A stretch of 35,705 nt of DNA from Paraspadella gotoi (taxonomy: Eukaryota > Animalia > Chaetognatha), in contig JBJCIZ010001666.1 in NCBI GenBank assembly GCA_051294375.1, positions 112,725 to 148,429 on the forward strand, in the 5' to 3' direction. The notes beneath the pieces are model-generated. The model was not told where the DNA came from, did no database searches, and worked only from the letters and a program-made list of their open reading frames with translations. Each line of letters starts with the position of its first letter. Position 1 is the first letter of the stretch. The position numbers and the translations under genes are program-made. Shown here in pieces: positions 12,136 to 23,214 of this stretch.

Positions 12136-12836
12136 TGTCGGATCTGCCCACGATCATTAGCGGTAATTAATTATTAATTATTTAATTAATACAAACTAAA
12201 ATAATAATTTAAATAATAAATTAATTAATTTGTTTTTAGGTCTTTCGTCGCTGACCAGGACAAAAGCAACGACGGCGACGACGACAATAATACCGATTAA
12301 ATAATTAATTTATTTATAAATATATTGATTGATTGAATAATTAATTAATAAATAACTAAATAAATTTATTGATTGAATAATCTATTGATTGATTAATTGA
12401 CCAATTAAATAATTATTATTTAATTGACTAATTGATTAATTAACTGATTAATTATTTGATTACATTTGATTTACATTTAATATAAAAGAAAAAGAAGCAT
12501 AATCAATTAGTGAAACCGTTTTTTTGTTTTTTCCATTTAAACTCATTTCCACTCAGACGATTCCATCCAAACTTGATTTCCAGCTTAATCACACACTTTC
12601 CACATACAAAATTTCAAGTCAATCGCCCCATCCACTTATGAGTAATTGGAGTTCAAATAGTGAAATAAATTTTTTTGTTCTTTCTATTTAAACTCATTTC
12701 CACTCTCCTGATTCCATCGAAACTTTATATCCAAGTCAATCGCACGCTTACCTACCCACACACAAAATTTCATTCCGATCCATCCATCCAATCACGAGTA
12801 ATTGTTGTTTTTTGCTAAGGTGGGACGGACGGACAT
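12136..12836 (+). mobile_element. HINE-like element, 5' subTIR to microsatellite, with AT-rich expansion
   Basis: TGTCGGATCTGCCCACGATCATT start, core CATTTAAACTCATTTCCACTC repeats, GGGACGGACGGACA. Confidence 0.6.
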
Positions 12837-12846
12837 TATTATTATG

Positions 12847-12929
12847 AGAATTATCGTGATTTATCGTCTGATTAGCTGATAACCGCTTAATTAATAATTA
12901 TCGTAGCCATTGTTTGCTCAAACTTGTTT
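12847..12929 (-). mobile_element. HINE-like 5' end fragment
   Basis: Reverse complement AACAAGTTTGAGCAAACAAT...CAGCTAATCAG..GATAAATCACGATAATTCT matches 17922-17990. Confidence 0.65.
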
Positions 12930-13054
12930 CATAATTATGAAATAATGATAAAATTATGCATTCCCTCAAAAAAGCCGCGAAAAATATTTTCGGTACTTCT
13001 ATGTTTACATCTCCACATCCAAATAGGCATACAAATTGATAAGTTTGGTCCTGC

Positions 13055-13195
13055 GCCGGTTTTCCACACCAACCACAGGGGGATACAATATATATGTTTA
13101 TATATATTGCATTGTATCAAATCATAGTTGATACAAACCGGCTCGGTGTCGTTTTTTTTAACGTGGTTTCGCCACCAAAGGTAGCCCTAATCCAC
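13055..13195 (-). ncRNA. Putative unknown pseudoknotted structured RNA, copy 2 (3' of transposase gene)
   Basis: See copy 1. G-U pairs in several stems favour the minus strand (same sense as the genes). Confidence 0.65.
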
Positions 13196-13469
13196 ATTAT
13201 AGTAAATAATATCCAAATTTTCGATCCACAAAAAATTTTAATAATTATAAACTGCTTTGGAATGTATAAATAATAATTTAATAATGTTCAGACAACCTCT
13301 TGCGGTTAATAATCTAAACCCATTTAAAATTATAATCACTATTGATATAATACATTGAATACCTTGAATAATTTTCCATTCATAATTTTTATGATATTTT
13401 ACGCTAACTGGCTTAGGGTGGATTTTTAGCAATGGTTGAAGTTTGCCAATCCAAATGGTCAATCAAAAT

Positions 13470-13640
13470 CAAGGGAACACGTAAACAACCTTGTGATTAA
13501 CATTATTTTAATTTGGTCAATTTTTTTAGATTAATAAATCAAATCAATCATCTTCAAGGGAACAAGTAAACTACCTTGAGATTGACTTGAGGTAATTTCA
13601 TCAACCTCAAACAAGGGAACACGTAAACTACCTTGTGATT
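13470..13640. repeat. Three spaced 29-nt hairpin repeats
   Basis: CAAGGGAACA(C/A)GTAAAC(A/T)ACCTTG(T/A)GATT at 13470-13498, 13555-13583 and 13612-13640. Stem CAAGG/CCTTG. Confidence 0.85.
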
Positions 13641-13692
13641 GCATATTTTGAGGTTAAAATTTCAAAATATAGATTGTAGCTATCAATAGCTT

Positions 13693-16600
13693 TTACAGTA
13701 ATATAATATTACCTTTCTTAATCTCATTCAAAAGCTGAATCCTGACTACTCTTTGATTTATTTCAGTAATGAAAACATTTTTCTTTTTTTCAGTGTTTAT
13801 AACATCAACTACTAATCCATTTTCCCAATATTCTTCGCTATCTGTTTTTACTTTTTTTTGAAATTCACAGTTAATCAATTTTTTGGGTTCTTTAAGGTAT
13901 TTTTCATACATAGTTAAGGTTTTCTTTACTTTTTGTTTTCTTAAAGCCATTTCGATCTTTTTCGAAGTACTCGATAATACGAGTCCAGCTGCTTCAGAAA
14001 CATCACTGGTACTAAATGATTGTTCCTCTTCCACATCGAGAGTCTTGAGTAATGGGTTTTCTTGATAAATTTTACTCAAATGATTTAATTTTTCTTCTAA
14101 TGAGTATGTGCGATTCCGTTTAGTTTTACAAAAGACATCTTTGCTACTACAACTGGCATTGCAAACTTTATTCAAAAATTCAATATGTAAATTCAAAGCT
14201 GCAATCTTTTGCTTTGGATCAATAATTACATGTAACTTATCATTTACTTCCTTTTGTACCCACGGAGTTCCATATTTTTGAGTGAATTGGCGAATTATTT
14301 CTAATTTTCTCCTTCCTTGTACTTCCTCACGTTCTAATTGAGAGTCAATCTTTTTTTTTCTTTTTTCTAATAGTTCACTTTGATAATTTTCAAAAATAAT
14401 TTTTTCCTCCTCTCTTCTTTTCTTGAAAGACTTGAGTGCAGTGTCAAGAATTTTCTGCTGTTCTGGTAATGATTTACTATCAAGATAATCCATTGGACGA
14501 TTAGTTATCATCATGACACTTGTCTCTACAGTAGTAGGTTTGGCGGTTGGTTTCTGGTTAATGATATGTCGAGTCAGTCCAAATATTGATTCGCCCCATT
14601 GATTTGTTGTAGGTACGCTGGATGTTTGATCAATAAAATTTGGCTCATCTTGAAGAATATCCATATCTCCACCACTTAAAAAATCTTGTGCTTGAGTAAC
14701 TAAAGTGTACAATAGTGCCCCACTAATCATTTTTGCAATATTTAAAACTTCATTTCGATTAGGATCATCAGTTGGCATAATTTCTAGCATTTTTGTTACT
14801 CTCTCTTTTTCCAAGAATGCATCCGAAAAAGGTGATTGGCCAGCCATCATTTTGGATGCATCTATTTTAATTTCATTGAGGTATTCGTGAAGACATTGCA
14901 AATGAGGAATTAATTCTAAAATATGGACGTTAGTTTTACTGTATCCATCGCCAAAAGCTTTACCATAAAATGATCTCCATAAAGGTGAAATAATCAGAAC
15001 ATCATACAGTGCTATTGCTCTTAGTTGGTTCAGAGTTAGTTGGTCATGGAGGTCGAAGTTAATTGATTGAAATATCCTTACGCTATTCTCATTTTCAAAA
15101 AAATGAACAAGAAGATCTCGATTAATGATTATGCGTGTCGCAGCAGCAAATTCTATACCAGCACGACTGTGCTCAAAATGAACCATATTTTCCAATTTAT
15201 GCTTTTGACAAAATGCTTTAAAAACAGAAGATCTTCTCCATAATTCTTCTCCATGATGTGGAAAACAAACAGATGATATATTCTTTATAATACGCTGAGC
15301 TGAAGGCGTTTCTGATTGATACATATGAGGGTTGTGTTGTTGGCATTCAGCTTCAAATTGAGTCAAGCTTTTTAACATGGAAGTTCCAAAATTACTAATC
15401 AAGTGTAATTTACAATAAAAAGTATTTATTCGACTTAGTTCAGAAAGTTGTTCTTTGTTTAGGTTTTCATTTGCTTTCAGAGTGGGCAATAAGTCCTCTT
15501 TAAATTTCTTTAGCTCATCAGCAAAAGCTCCATTCACCGGAGCCTGATCTGTCATTGTATTGCTAATCTTGCAAATGATTTCTGCAATATCATTTAACTG
15601 TTTACCATCCTCTTTCAATCCATTATCAATAATATCAGTAAAAGTTTCATTAATATATCTTAGCAACGACTTTGCATCTTCATGGGTAATAGAACGGAGT
15701 CCTAAATTAAAAGTATTTGTTCTTGAAATTAATAATTTTAATATAATGTACAATTATATAATGTTTCAAGTTTAATTCAAATTTAGGTATAAATTAAAAT
15801 AAATGTCTAAAATGTACTATACAACTATCAATAGCTGACCAAATTTATATTTTAATGGGAAAATCATTAAACAGAATTAAGCTTTGGAAATCAAATTTAT
15901 GACCCAACCCATTGACATAGATTTGCTGTGATACAAGTATTAGTATTAATATCTATAATATATAAAATTTTATATTGATTCTTACCAATTACATAATGTG
16001 AACCATCAGAAAAATGCAACTGAGTTCCAAGAAAGGTTACATTGTTATGAGTCGCTGAATCCATTGCTAAGGTAATATCTTTTTCAGCTTTAATTTTTTC
16101 ATTTACTTGTGTCATTAATAATGAATGGCATTCGGTCAAAACTCGCGAAATAAACGTTGTTGAAGGTATTCTGCTCATTTCAAAACCAGTTATACGTTTT
16201 AAAACGATATTCATTGCCTGGGGAATCTTTTTTGCTGGAACCCCTTGCTCAAATAAATTCATAACACAAGTACGAATCTCATTTTGATACTTACCATCAG
16301 AGAAAATATGATATTCTTTATCTTGAAGAGAATCAATTATTTGCTCTAAGGCAGTAATTTCTTTATTTCTAATTTTTAATTGTTTTTCAAAATGGTTTTC
16401 TTTTTGCTCTAGCTCTGAGTTTTTCTCCACTATTTTATTTCTTAACAATTTACATAGATATCTTTGCTTTAGAAATTTATTCTGATATTTGGACTTGGCT
16501 TCTTTTTCTTCTTTCAACTTTCTCAAAAGAATGCTTATCGTTTTATCTTTTTGCTTTTGTATACCTTGTTCAATATTCATCCTTTCTTTACCTTTGTTCT

Positions 16601-17522
16601 TTATTTCAGCAATTTTCAAATCTTTCCTGACTTTCATTCTGTAGTGAGCTTGCTTCAAAAACTTATAGGAATTTGAAATTTTTTTTCTTTCTTTCATATT
16701 CTCTTTTAATTGTGTCATCAGCTTAGAATTTTCAGTTAATGGTTTTTCTGAGATACATTGAGAAGAGCTTATAACAGAAGGATCAGATTCCGAACAGATC
16801 TCCATTGGCATAATTATTGGATCTATTAAAAAAAATTTTATTCCATTGTAGCTTTTAATATAGTCATTTTTAGTTGTGCCGCGACTAAGCGCGGAGCAAC
16901 TCTATAACTCACTTTTGGGTTGCTCTATCCTAGTAACGTTAAAAATATTCATTACTTTATCAATTAATTTTATTTGTGGTAAGAAGGTAAAGTACTATTT
17001 AACCTCTAATATTCACATATATCATAATTGTGTCTCCTAATAATTTTTTAAATTTATCAAATGACTCAAAATTCACTTTTTTTATGATACAAAAAGTCAA
17101 AAAAATTGAAACAATTGCTAGCACCTTTTCTTTTTAAAAAAATTGGACAGGGAATAAAGATGATTTACAACGTGCCTGTCAAACATACACAAAAATATGC
17201 GTGATTAGAAAGTGACTGTGGTGCAACACAGTTGAATGTCGGTTCTTATTTTGAATTATTGCAAAGTTTAACTTTCTATACATGTAGATTAGAAAAAAAA
17301 ATTACCATTTATTTCACTCTCCAAAAAAAATGGTGACTGCAGATACACTTCGCGTCTCGTTGTTTTCAATATTTTAACTCTATGCCTCACATATCGTACT
17401 CTTCGAAGAAGTCTGTTATCACATAAATTTGATATATCGAATTTATTTTTTAATTTGTTTAGCATCGAAATTGCATTAAGACCATTAACCAACTCTAATA
17501 TATTTTTTATATTATTTTCCAT
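13693..17522 (-). CDS. hAT-like DDE transposase, 3 exons (17522-17306, 16822-15986, 15701-13693), 1020 aa
   Basis: Two GT-AG phase-1 introns join three ORFs in frame (..SEIN/DPIIMPM.. and ..SHYVI/GLRSI..). Lys/Glu-rich coiled coil, then ITLAMDSAT (D1), NTMTDQAPVN (D2), FYCKLH (CxxH) and VPTTNQWGESIFG (E, hAT-dimerisation-like). No stops or frameshifts. Exact superfamily uncertain. Confidence 0.8.
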
Positions 17523-17921
17523 TTTATACTAATATTTCATGTATCAGATAAAATTCGATCCCAGCACAACATATATATGAAACATATAAAATAAATGCAT
17601 GTCTTTTCCACCGTCGTCGCCTTCGTCGTCACCTCCATCCTCATCTGACTTCATTTTTCAGTCCCACCTAATTCTGTGAATATATAGATAAATATATGGT
17701 CATATATATTTCTAGAGTATAATGTACTCAAAACAGCCTTATCACCCACGCCATTACAATAAGTTTATAATGCCAACAAATACCAAAACAATAATCCGTG
17801 AATTGGGATAAAAAAGCATACTCAGAAATTTCAATGATATTAGCGTAAGTAAATTTTTCATTAAACAAAATGATTGTTTTAAGATAGTTAATGAGACTAC
17901 TATTTTTTTAAGGTTTATTTA

Positions 17922-18556
17922 TAACTAGTTTGAGCAAACAATAATTAATCGGTAATCAGCTAATCAGTTGATAAATCACGATAATTCTTTCAATTTGTGA
18001 TCCTAATTGATCTGAACAGATCGTACCATACAAAATCAGTGGCTGCGCCAATACATGTAAATCGCATGCAAGGGATTAGAGTAAACTTTTACTATGGTAG
18101 AAATAATTACAAATAAAGTACAAATAATTTTTTAACTATTATTTTTTTTTCAACTTGCATCATATTTTCCACTTGCATCATTTTTTTAACTTGCCTAATT
18201 TTTTTCAACTTGCATCTTTTTTTTTATCTAGCTCCATTCTTTTAATTCGCAATCATTTTTTTAACTTTGCTTTTTACATTTAAACTCATTTCCACTCGCA
18301 CGATTCAATCGAAACTTTATATCCAGCTTAATCACACACTTTGTTACAAACACACAAAATTTCATTCCAATCCATATATCAAATTGGAGTTTTTTGCTAA
18401 CGGGGGACGGACATTGTTTTTTTCTTCTTAATTTATCATAATTCGAAGTTCTGATATGATAATAATGATTTACCGACAAAATTTTGGGGTGGGACCGATG
18501 GACCGACAAAGTGAATTATAGATTAGGAATCTGCTGATAAGCAGATCCGACTAAAA
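17922..18556 (+). mobile_element. Near full-length HINE-like element with internal 18-nt minisatellite
   Basis: AGTTTGAGCAAACAAT start, (TTTTTTCAACTTGCATCA)n at ~18145-18220, core, GGACGGACA, terminal ATCTGCTGATAAGCAGATCCGACTAAAAA. Confidence 0.7.
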
Positions 18557-18789
18557 ATGATACCGCCGGCAGCAGAAAAGCTTAATATTCTAGTATTGAA
18601 TTGCGATAATTTTATTTTTATTTCCCATAATATTAGAAGTTTGAAATTTTTTTTTTAATCAAAGCCCCCTTTTTTTGTGCTACTGAATCAGCAGACACTC
18701 GTGCAGAGAGGTGGAAAATTAAAAGAAGGTTTCGATCAACGTTATGGTGTGGCAGCAAGTCTTAAAGTTGCCTCACTGCTGTCCGTCGG

Positions 18790-19000
18790 CCTTGTCTCAG
18801 TGGCTGAATCATTTGTTACAACTGTGCGTCCCGGGTTCAATCCCTGGGTATTCCGGTTCTGGCTTATATATGACGGAGCCGGAATATACATGCCTGTGAC
18901 AGGAGGCGGTCACTGAGGGTCCACAGCCCCTACGCCAATTGATTAGATACCCCGCGCCCCAGGTATCACAGGCATTCCTCCGGTTGCCATAATAGCTCAT
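18790..19000 (+). mobile_element. tRNA-like SINE family E with divergent twister-like core
   Basis: A-box-like GTGGCTGAAT and B-box GGGTTCAATCCC, then GACGG...GCC-TGTGAC..GTCACT-G-AGGG-TCCACAGC-CCCT. Single copy in the window. Confidence 0.5.
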
Positions 19001-19569
19001 TTTTAATTTTTGTTTGCTTTGCGTTTATATGACTCTGGATATTAAAATATATTATTATTAAAAGGATAATTTTATATTTTTTCTAAGCAACTTTTTACTC
19101 CCTTTTTTTTTAATGCAATTAGTTTTTTAAACTTGACGCAGTATTAGCTGGTAGAAATTAACTAGAAATAATGAAAACCATAAAATTAAATTCTGCTATA
19201 AAAAACCTAATACTAATGCTTTATTAACAAGAGAAATTCAAATGTATGTGTTATGTAAATAAATTTTAAAACAAGTTTGAGCAAACAATGTCGGATCTGC
19301 CCACGATTATTAGTAGGGGTAGCCCCACTCAATGGGTGAGTCAAAAATTAAGAATAAGTACATTGCTCAAACGAAAATTTATACATTTTTAAGTATACTT
19401 TCAATGGACAAAAAAATTCTTATATGGTTCTTTACCCAAATAATTAATTTTTGAATAATTATTTATAGATAGGAAAGTTTTAAGAATTTTTAAATTTTAA
19501 TACCAGATTCAGCTAGCTGTCTACACAAAGTCTAATTATTTTTTCAATATTTTTATGATACATGGTGAC

Positions 19570-20512
19570 AATTTTACAAGCGCCGGTAAAAAAACGCTGC
19601 CATTTGCAAACCCATGAAGATTCTTTCAATATTAAATATGAAATTAAGGGTAAAAAATAAAAATATTTTTGTATGCAAATTTTATATGATTCGACTTTGA
19701 TATGCCTTAGCAATGATAGCTGGAAGATAGATTTGAAAATCGTCTCGGATTTTTAAACTCATTGTTTTTAGATTGGATTTTTCTCTCTTACTTTCAGTAA
19801 GTTTTTTGAAGAAATTTTACATAAAATAATAATAATATTATTATCTTCTGAAAGCCCTTGCAAATCTTAAGAGAATGATGTACTTACGAATACTGTAGTA
19901 TAAAATTTAACCGGCCCAGCTTTAATTTAATTAGGATAGTCAAAAACGAGACATCTTTCCAAAAATCAATAGCTGGAGAGTAAATTAAAATTTTTTATCA
20001 AATTGTGATAGGCTATCTTAAATATTTTTTTCTTAGGCTCTTTCATGATACTTATATAAATAATATTTTATATTATAATAATTTAAACGAGTCATATATT
20101 TTTTAAAAAAAAGATTAAAAATTTTAAATAATTTACTTTTAACTTTCTTAATTGAAACGAGGCTGGGCAGCTTAATTTTTATGTTAGAGCTTTTGTAAGT
20201 ATATCATTCTCTTCACAATTTTAAGGGCTTTCAGAGGATATTAATATTGATAATAACTTAATTAATATTTTGTCTTAAAAAAGTGTTAAAAGTTTAAAAA
20301 AAAAAATAATTTAAAAACAGTGAGTTGGAAAATAAAACCCCATTTTAAAAGCCAACTTTCTCCACTCATTGTCAAGGCATATCTTAACTGATCAATATAA
20401 AATTTAAACACATAAATGGTTTTAGTATTTTCTACTCAACTAACTTTTAAAATCAATGAAATAACTACTGGTTTACAAATGGCAGCGTTTTTCTACCGGC
20501 TCTTGTAAAATT
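19570..20512. mobile_element. ~940-bp fold-back/MITE element with long imperfect inverted arms
   Basis: AATTTTACAAGCGCCGGTAAAAAAACGCTGCCATTTGCAAACC / GGTTTACAAATGGCAGCGTTTTTCTACCGGCTCTTGTAAAATT. Inner arms also pair (~19845-19890 vs ~20190-20240). Confidence 0.75.
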
Positions 20513-20545
20513 TATGGTGGACTAAAATCCACCAACCGTTCATCA

Positions 20546-20748
20546 GCGGCCATTGGTGCCGGAGTCAAGTCATTCGCCTCCCAACCCAAAGGTCCGGGGT
20601 TCTAGCCCGGTAGTCGTCTGGCAGTTAAGAGGGATGGGGCGCTTAACCCGCCTGTAACATGGTGTTACAGCCTGATCCGAAGCTCAGGGACTGCTTATAT
20701 TGAACGGTTCTGTCATTAACACATAACAATAATTACTGTCTCTTCAAA
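20546..20748 (+). mobile_element. tRNA-like SINE family A containing a twister core
   Basis: TGGTGCCGGAGTCAAG A-box-like, GGGTTCTAGCCC B-box-like. Second copy at 30418-30561 plus 31170-31228. Confidence 0.75.
20621..20694 (+). ncRNA. Twister ribozyme, type P5 permutation
   Basis: P5 GCAGTT/GACTGC; GATGG; linker GGCGCT; T^AA (20644/20645); CCC; GCC; P3 TGTAACA/TGTTACA; G; P4 CCTGA/TCAGG; L4 TCCGAAGC. Confidence 0.75.
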
Positions 20749-20749
20749 T

Positions 20750-20960
20750 TGTTAGTAATTGGAGTTTTTTCCAAAGGGGAAATGGACACACGGACGGACA
20801 GACAGAAAGACGAACAGTTTTTTTTTGCATAATTTATCATAATTTTATGGTCTAATATGATGTAATTGATTTACTGACAAGATTTAGCAGTGGGACCGAA
20901 GGACTGACAAAGTGGATTATAGATTCGGAATCTGCTGATGAGCAGATCCGAACTAAAAAA
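20750..20960 (+). mobile_element. HINE-like 3' fragment
   Basis: GGACGGACAGACAG microsatellite and TCGGAATCTGCTGATGAGCAGATCCGA terminus. Confidence 0.7.
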
Positions 20961-21734
20961 AGAGATAGAGAGAGACACGTATAATTTTCAGCTCCAGCCG
21001 CTCCAGAGCACAACTTGTTTTTGAACAAATCAGTTAGGCAGGCACTGAAAAAAAAATTGAATTATATGCTAACTTGCATATTACAGTTAGTCATAATATG
21101 AAGGGAATACAAATTAGATCAAACCCTTGAAACAAAGTTTTTCTACTTTCACCGACCGGAACATAGCCGGTTACTTTTCTTTTCGCATATATCATTACCA
21201 TGGTAGGCCGGAACAGGTCTAAAACTAGAAGTTCTCTCAAATAAATAATGGTTAAGTGACTGAGAGAGAATAAGAAAATTGAAAATAATTTTTAAAAATT
21301 ATCTAATTGATAAGCGCACGGAAGCATTTAAAGTTTATTTTATTACTATATAAAGTTTTAAATTTTTTAATTTTTTTAATAGATTCTGATAGAGCTTTAA
21401 AAGTTAGATAAAGGTTATTAATACAACTTTTCAAAATTTTGTTGTTTTATTGATGAAAATTTTAAAAAAGAGAACTAAAAGATATTTAAATTGTTCAATT
21501 TTGGCCCGCCTTATTACAATGGCATGACAAGGAAAAAAAGGAAAGTTTGGTTTAGGTTAGGGGTATTTCGGCAGAAAAAATGATCGACAGGGAAGATCCT
21601 AAACAATGAATTTACAATTTAACTAAAAGTTGATTAAGTAAAAAATTGTTTTTTTCTTTTATCTTTTGTTCTTTATTCTTGATCAGCTCCGGAGAACCTA
21701 AAAAAAGTCATGATAGCATTGACCGTTTCATATA

Positions 21735-22463
21735 CAGTCCTGTGCAAAAAAAAAGAGGCCACCCAAAAAAATTACGCAAATAAATAATGTTAGATTCTTT
21801 CATTATAAAAGATAATATAGGTTAATAATTTCATGGGAAAAAAATTATTGGTATAAATTTTATAAAAATTTGGCCATCCATTTATAAGCAATAAGTTATT
21901 TAACATAACTACTAAACCAAATTATGCAAGCAGACCAAATTATATAAGTTGACCACAATATTCAAGTAGACCGAATTAAACAATTTAACCAAATTATTCA
22001 AGTAGACCAAATTATTCAAGTAGACCAACCAAATTATGCCATATAACCAAATTATACCAATTGAGCAAACTATACTGGTTGACCAAACTATAACAGTTGA
22101 CTAAATTATACAAGTTGACCAAATTATGATAATTGACCAAATATATAAGTTGAGCAAATTATGCCAGTTGACCAAATTATGCCAGTTGACCATATTTTAC
22201 AAATTGACCAAATTATGTTAGTTGATCAAAATATTCTAGTTGACCAAATTTTGTAATTTGACTAAATTATGCAAGTTGGTATTGACGGAGCTACTGGTAT
22301 TATGATTTGTAATGATCTGTTAAGATCACAAATTAAAAATCAGAAAATATTATCATGATTTATCATCGGATTAGCTTATTACTAGTTAATTATCATAAGC
22401 AGATCCGACATTGTTTGCGCAATTTGAAACTTAAGGTTGGCCTATTTTTTTTGCACAGGAGTG
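21735..22463. mobile_element. Tc1/mariner-type non-autonomous element with internal 18-nt minisatellite and HINE fragment
   Basis: TIRs CAGTCCTGTGCAAAAAAAAAGAGGCCA / TGGCCTATTTTTTTTGCACAGGAGTG flanked by TA on both sides. (GTTGACCAAATTATACAA)n at ~21915-22280. Confidence 0.8.
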
Positions 22464-22569
22464 TAATTGCATTCCAACTGATGTTAAAGCGTTAACAAAA
22501 TCTACCATTCCAAAAATATTTATAGCAATAATTCTCTTGTCTCTTTGGAATTTTCAAAAATAGTTTAAG

Positions 22570-22995
22570 TAAAGTCCAGACGACCATAACTCATATGTTC
22601 TTTTTGTCACCCAATTAAGAAAGATCTTGACTTTCCTCTCAGCGTCTCTCTGTCACTATCATTCAGCATTTGACGGAACTCTTCACTTTTTAGACTAATA
22701 AACGTTTGACTTCTGTGCTTTTTATATAATCAGTTTGTCATTATACCTTGAGCTTGATGATTTGTGATTGTGATTTGTGATAATTAGTACTTTTATTAAT
22801 TAGTAGTAGTATTTATTGACCGTCTACTTCAATATCTATATGCTTTGATTATTTTATTAAGGTACCAATTAATATCAAGACGTTTCCGAGCGGCATAAGA
22901 AAGATTTACTATTGACTTTACTACGCCTGCAGTAACGGACTTCAGCACGGTTTCTCTCCCGACGTCTTCTCCCTCTCCGCTTGGTCGAGGAGGTG
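22570..22995. repeat. Unclassified dispersed repeat, homologue of 9831-10270
   Basis: Direct visual alignment of several blocks. Confidence 0.7.
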
Positions 22996-23214
22996 TTTAT
23001 TTTTTTGATAATTAACTTTAAATTAACTTAAAATTTCAAAGAAAAAATGAAAAAAGTTTCTAAGCGCTTGAGAGCCACTGTGATTATATTAAAGGAAATG
23101 TATACCTTTTTTAGGTAAAAATAAAAGACAAGTATTTTTCTAATTAAAAAATAATAAATAATTATAAGTTTAATTAAGTCTTTTTGTATCACTCTAGATT
23201 GAAGTCCCTGTAGT

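Noticed and set aside
13160-13195. Pistol, hammerhead or HDV-like ribozyme call for the duplicated motif
   Set aside because: There is no CTGATGA core, the helix order after the A-rich linker does not fit pistol, and no HDV P1/P3/L3 arrangement precedes the GGCGAA.
13470-13640. CRISPR array
   Set aside because: Only three repeats, spacer lengths 56 and 28 nt, eukaryotic intron-containing context and no cas genes.
13693-17522. Fanzor/TnpB with omega RNA
   Set aside because: No RuvC or CxxC zinc-ribbon pattern was recognised; the motifs fit a hAT-like DDE/CxxH transposase instead.
13414-17670. TAGGGTGGA (13414) and TCCCACCTA (17662-17670) as hAT TIRs matching the MITE termini
   Set aside because: The right-hand match is imperfect and the flanking 8-mers (AACTGGCT vs ATTCTGTG) are not a duplication. 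Not excluded, but unsupported.
12847-17990. Inverted repeats 12847-12929 / 17922-17990 as the transposase's TIRs
   Set aside because: The same sequence occurs at 19270, ~22400 and 25819 as the 5' end of the dispersed HINE-like family, and there is no TSD.
20546-20615. Functional tRNA genes at the SINE heads (also 11950, 18795, 24730, 30420)
   Set aside because: A/B-box-like motifs are present, but I could not build a full cloverleaf and each continues into a repeat body.
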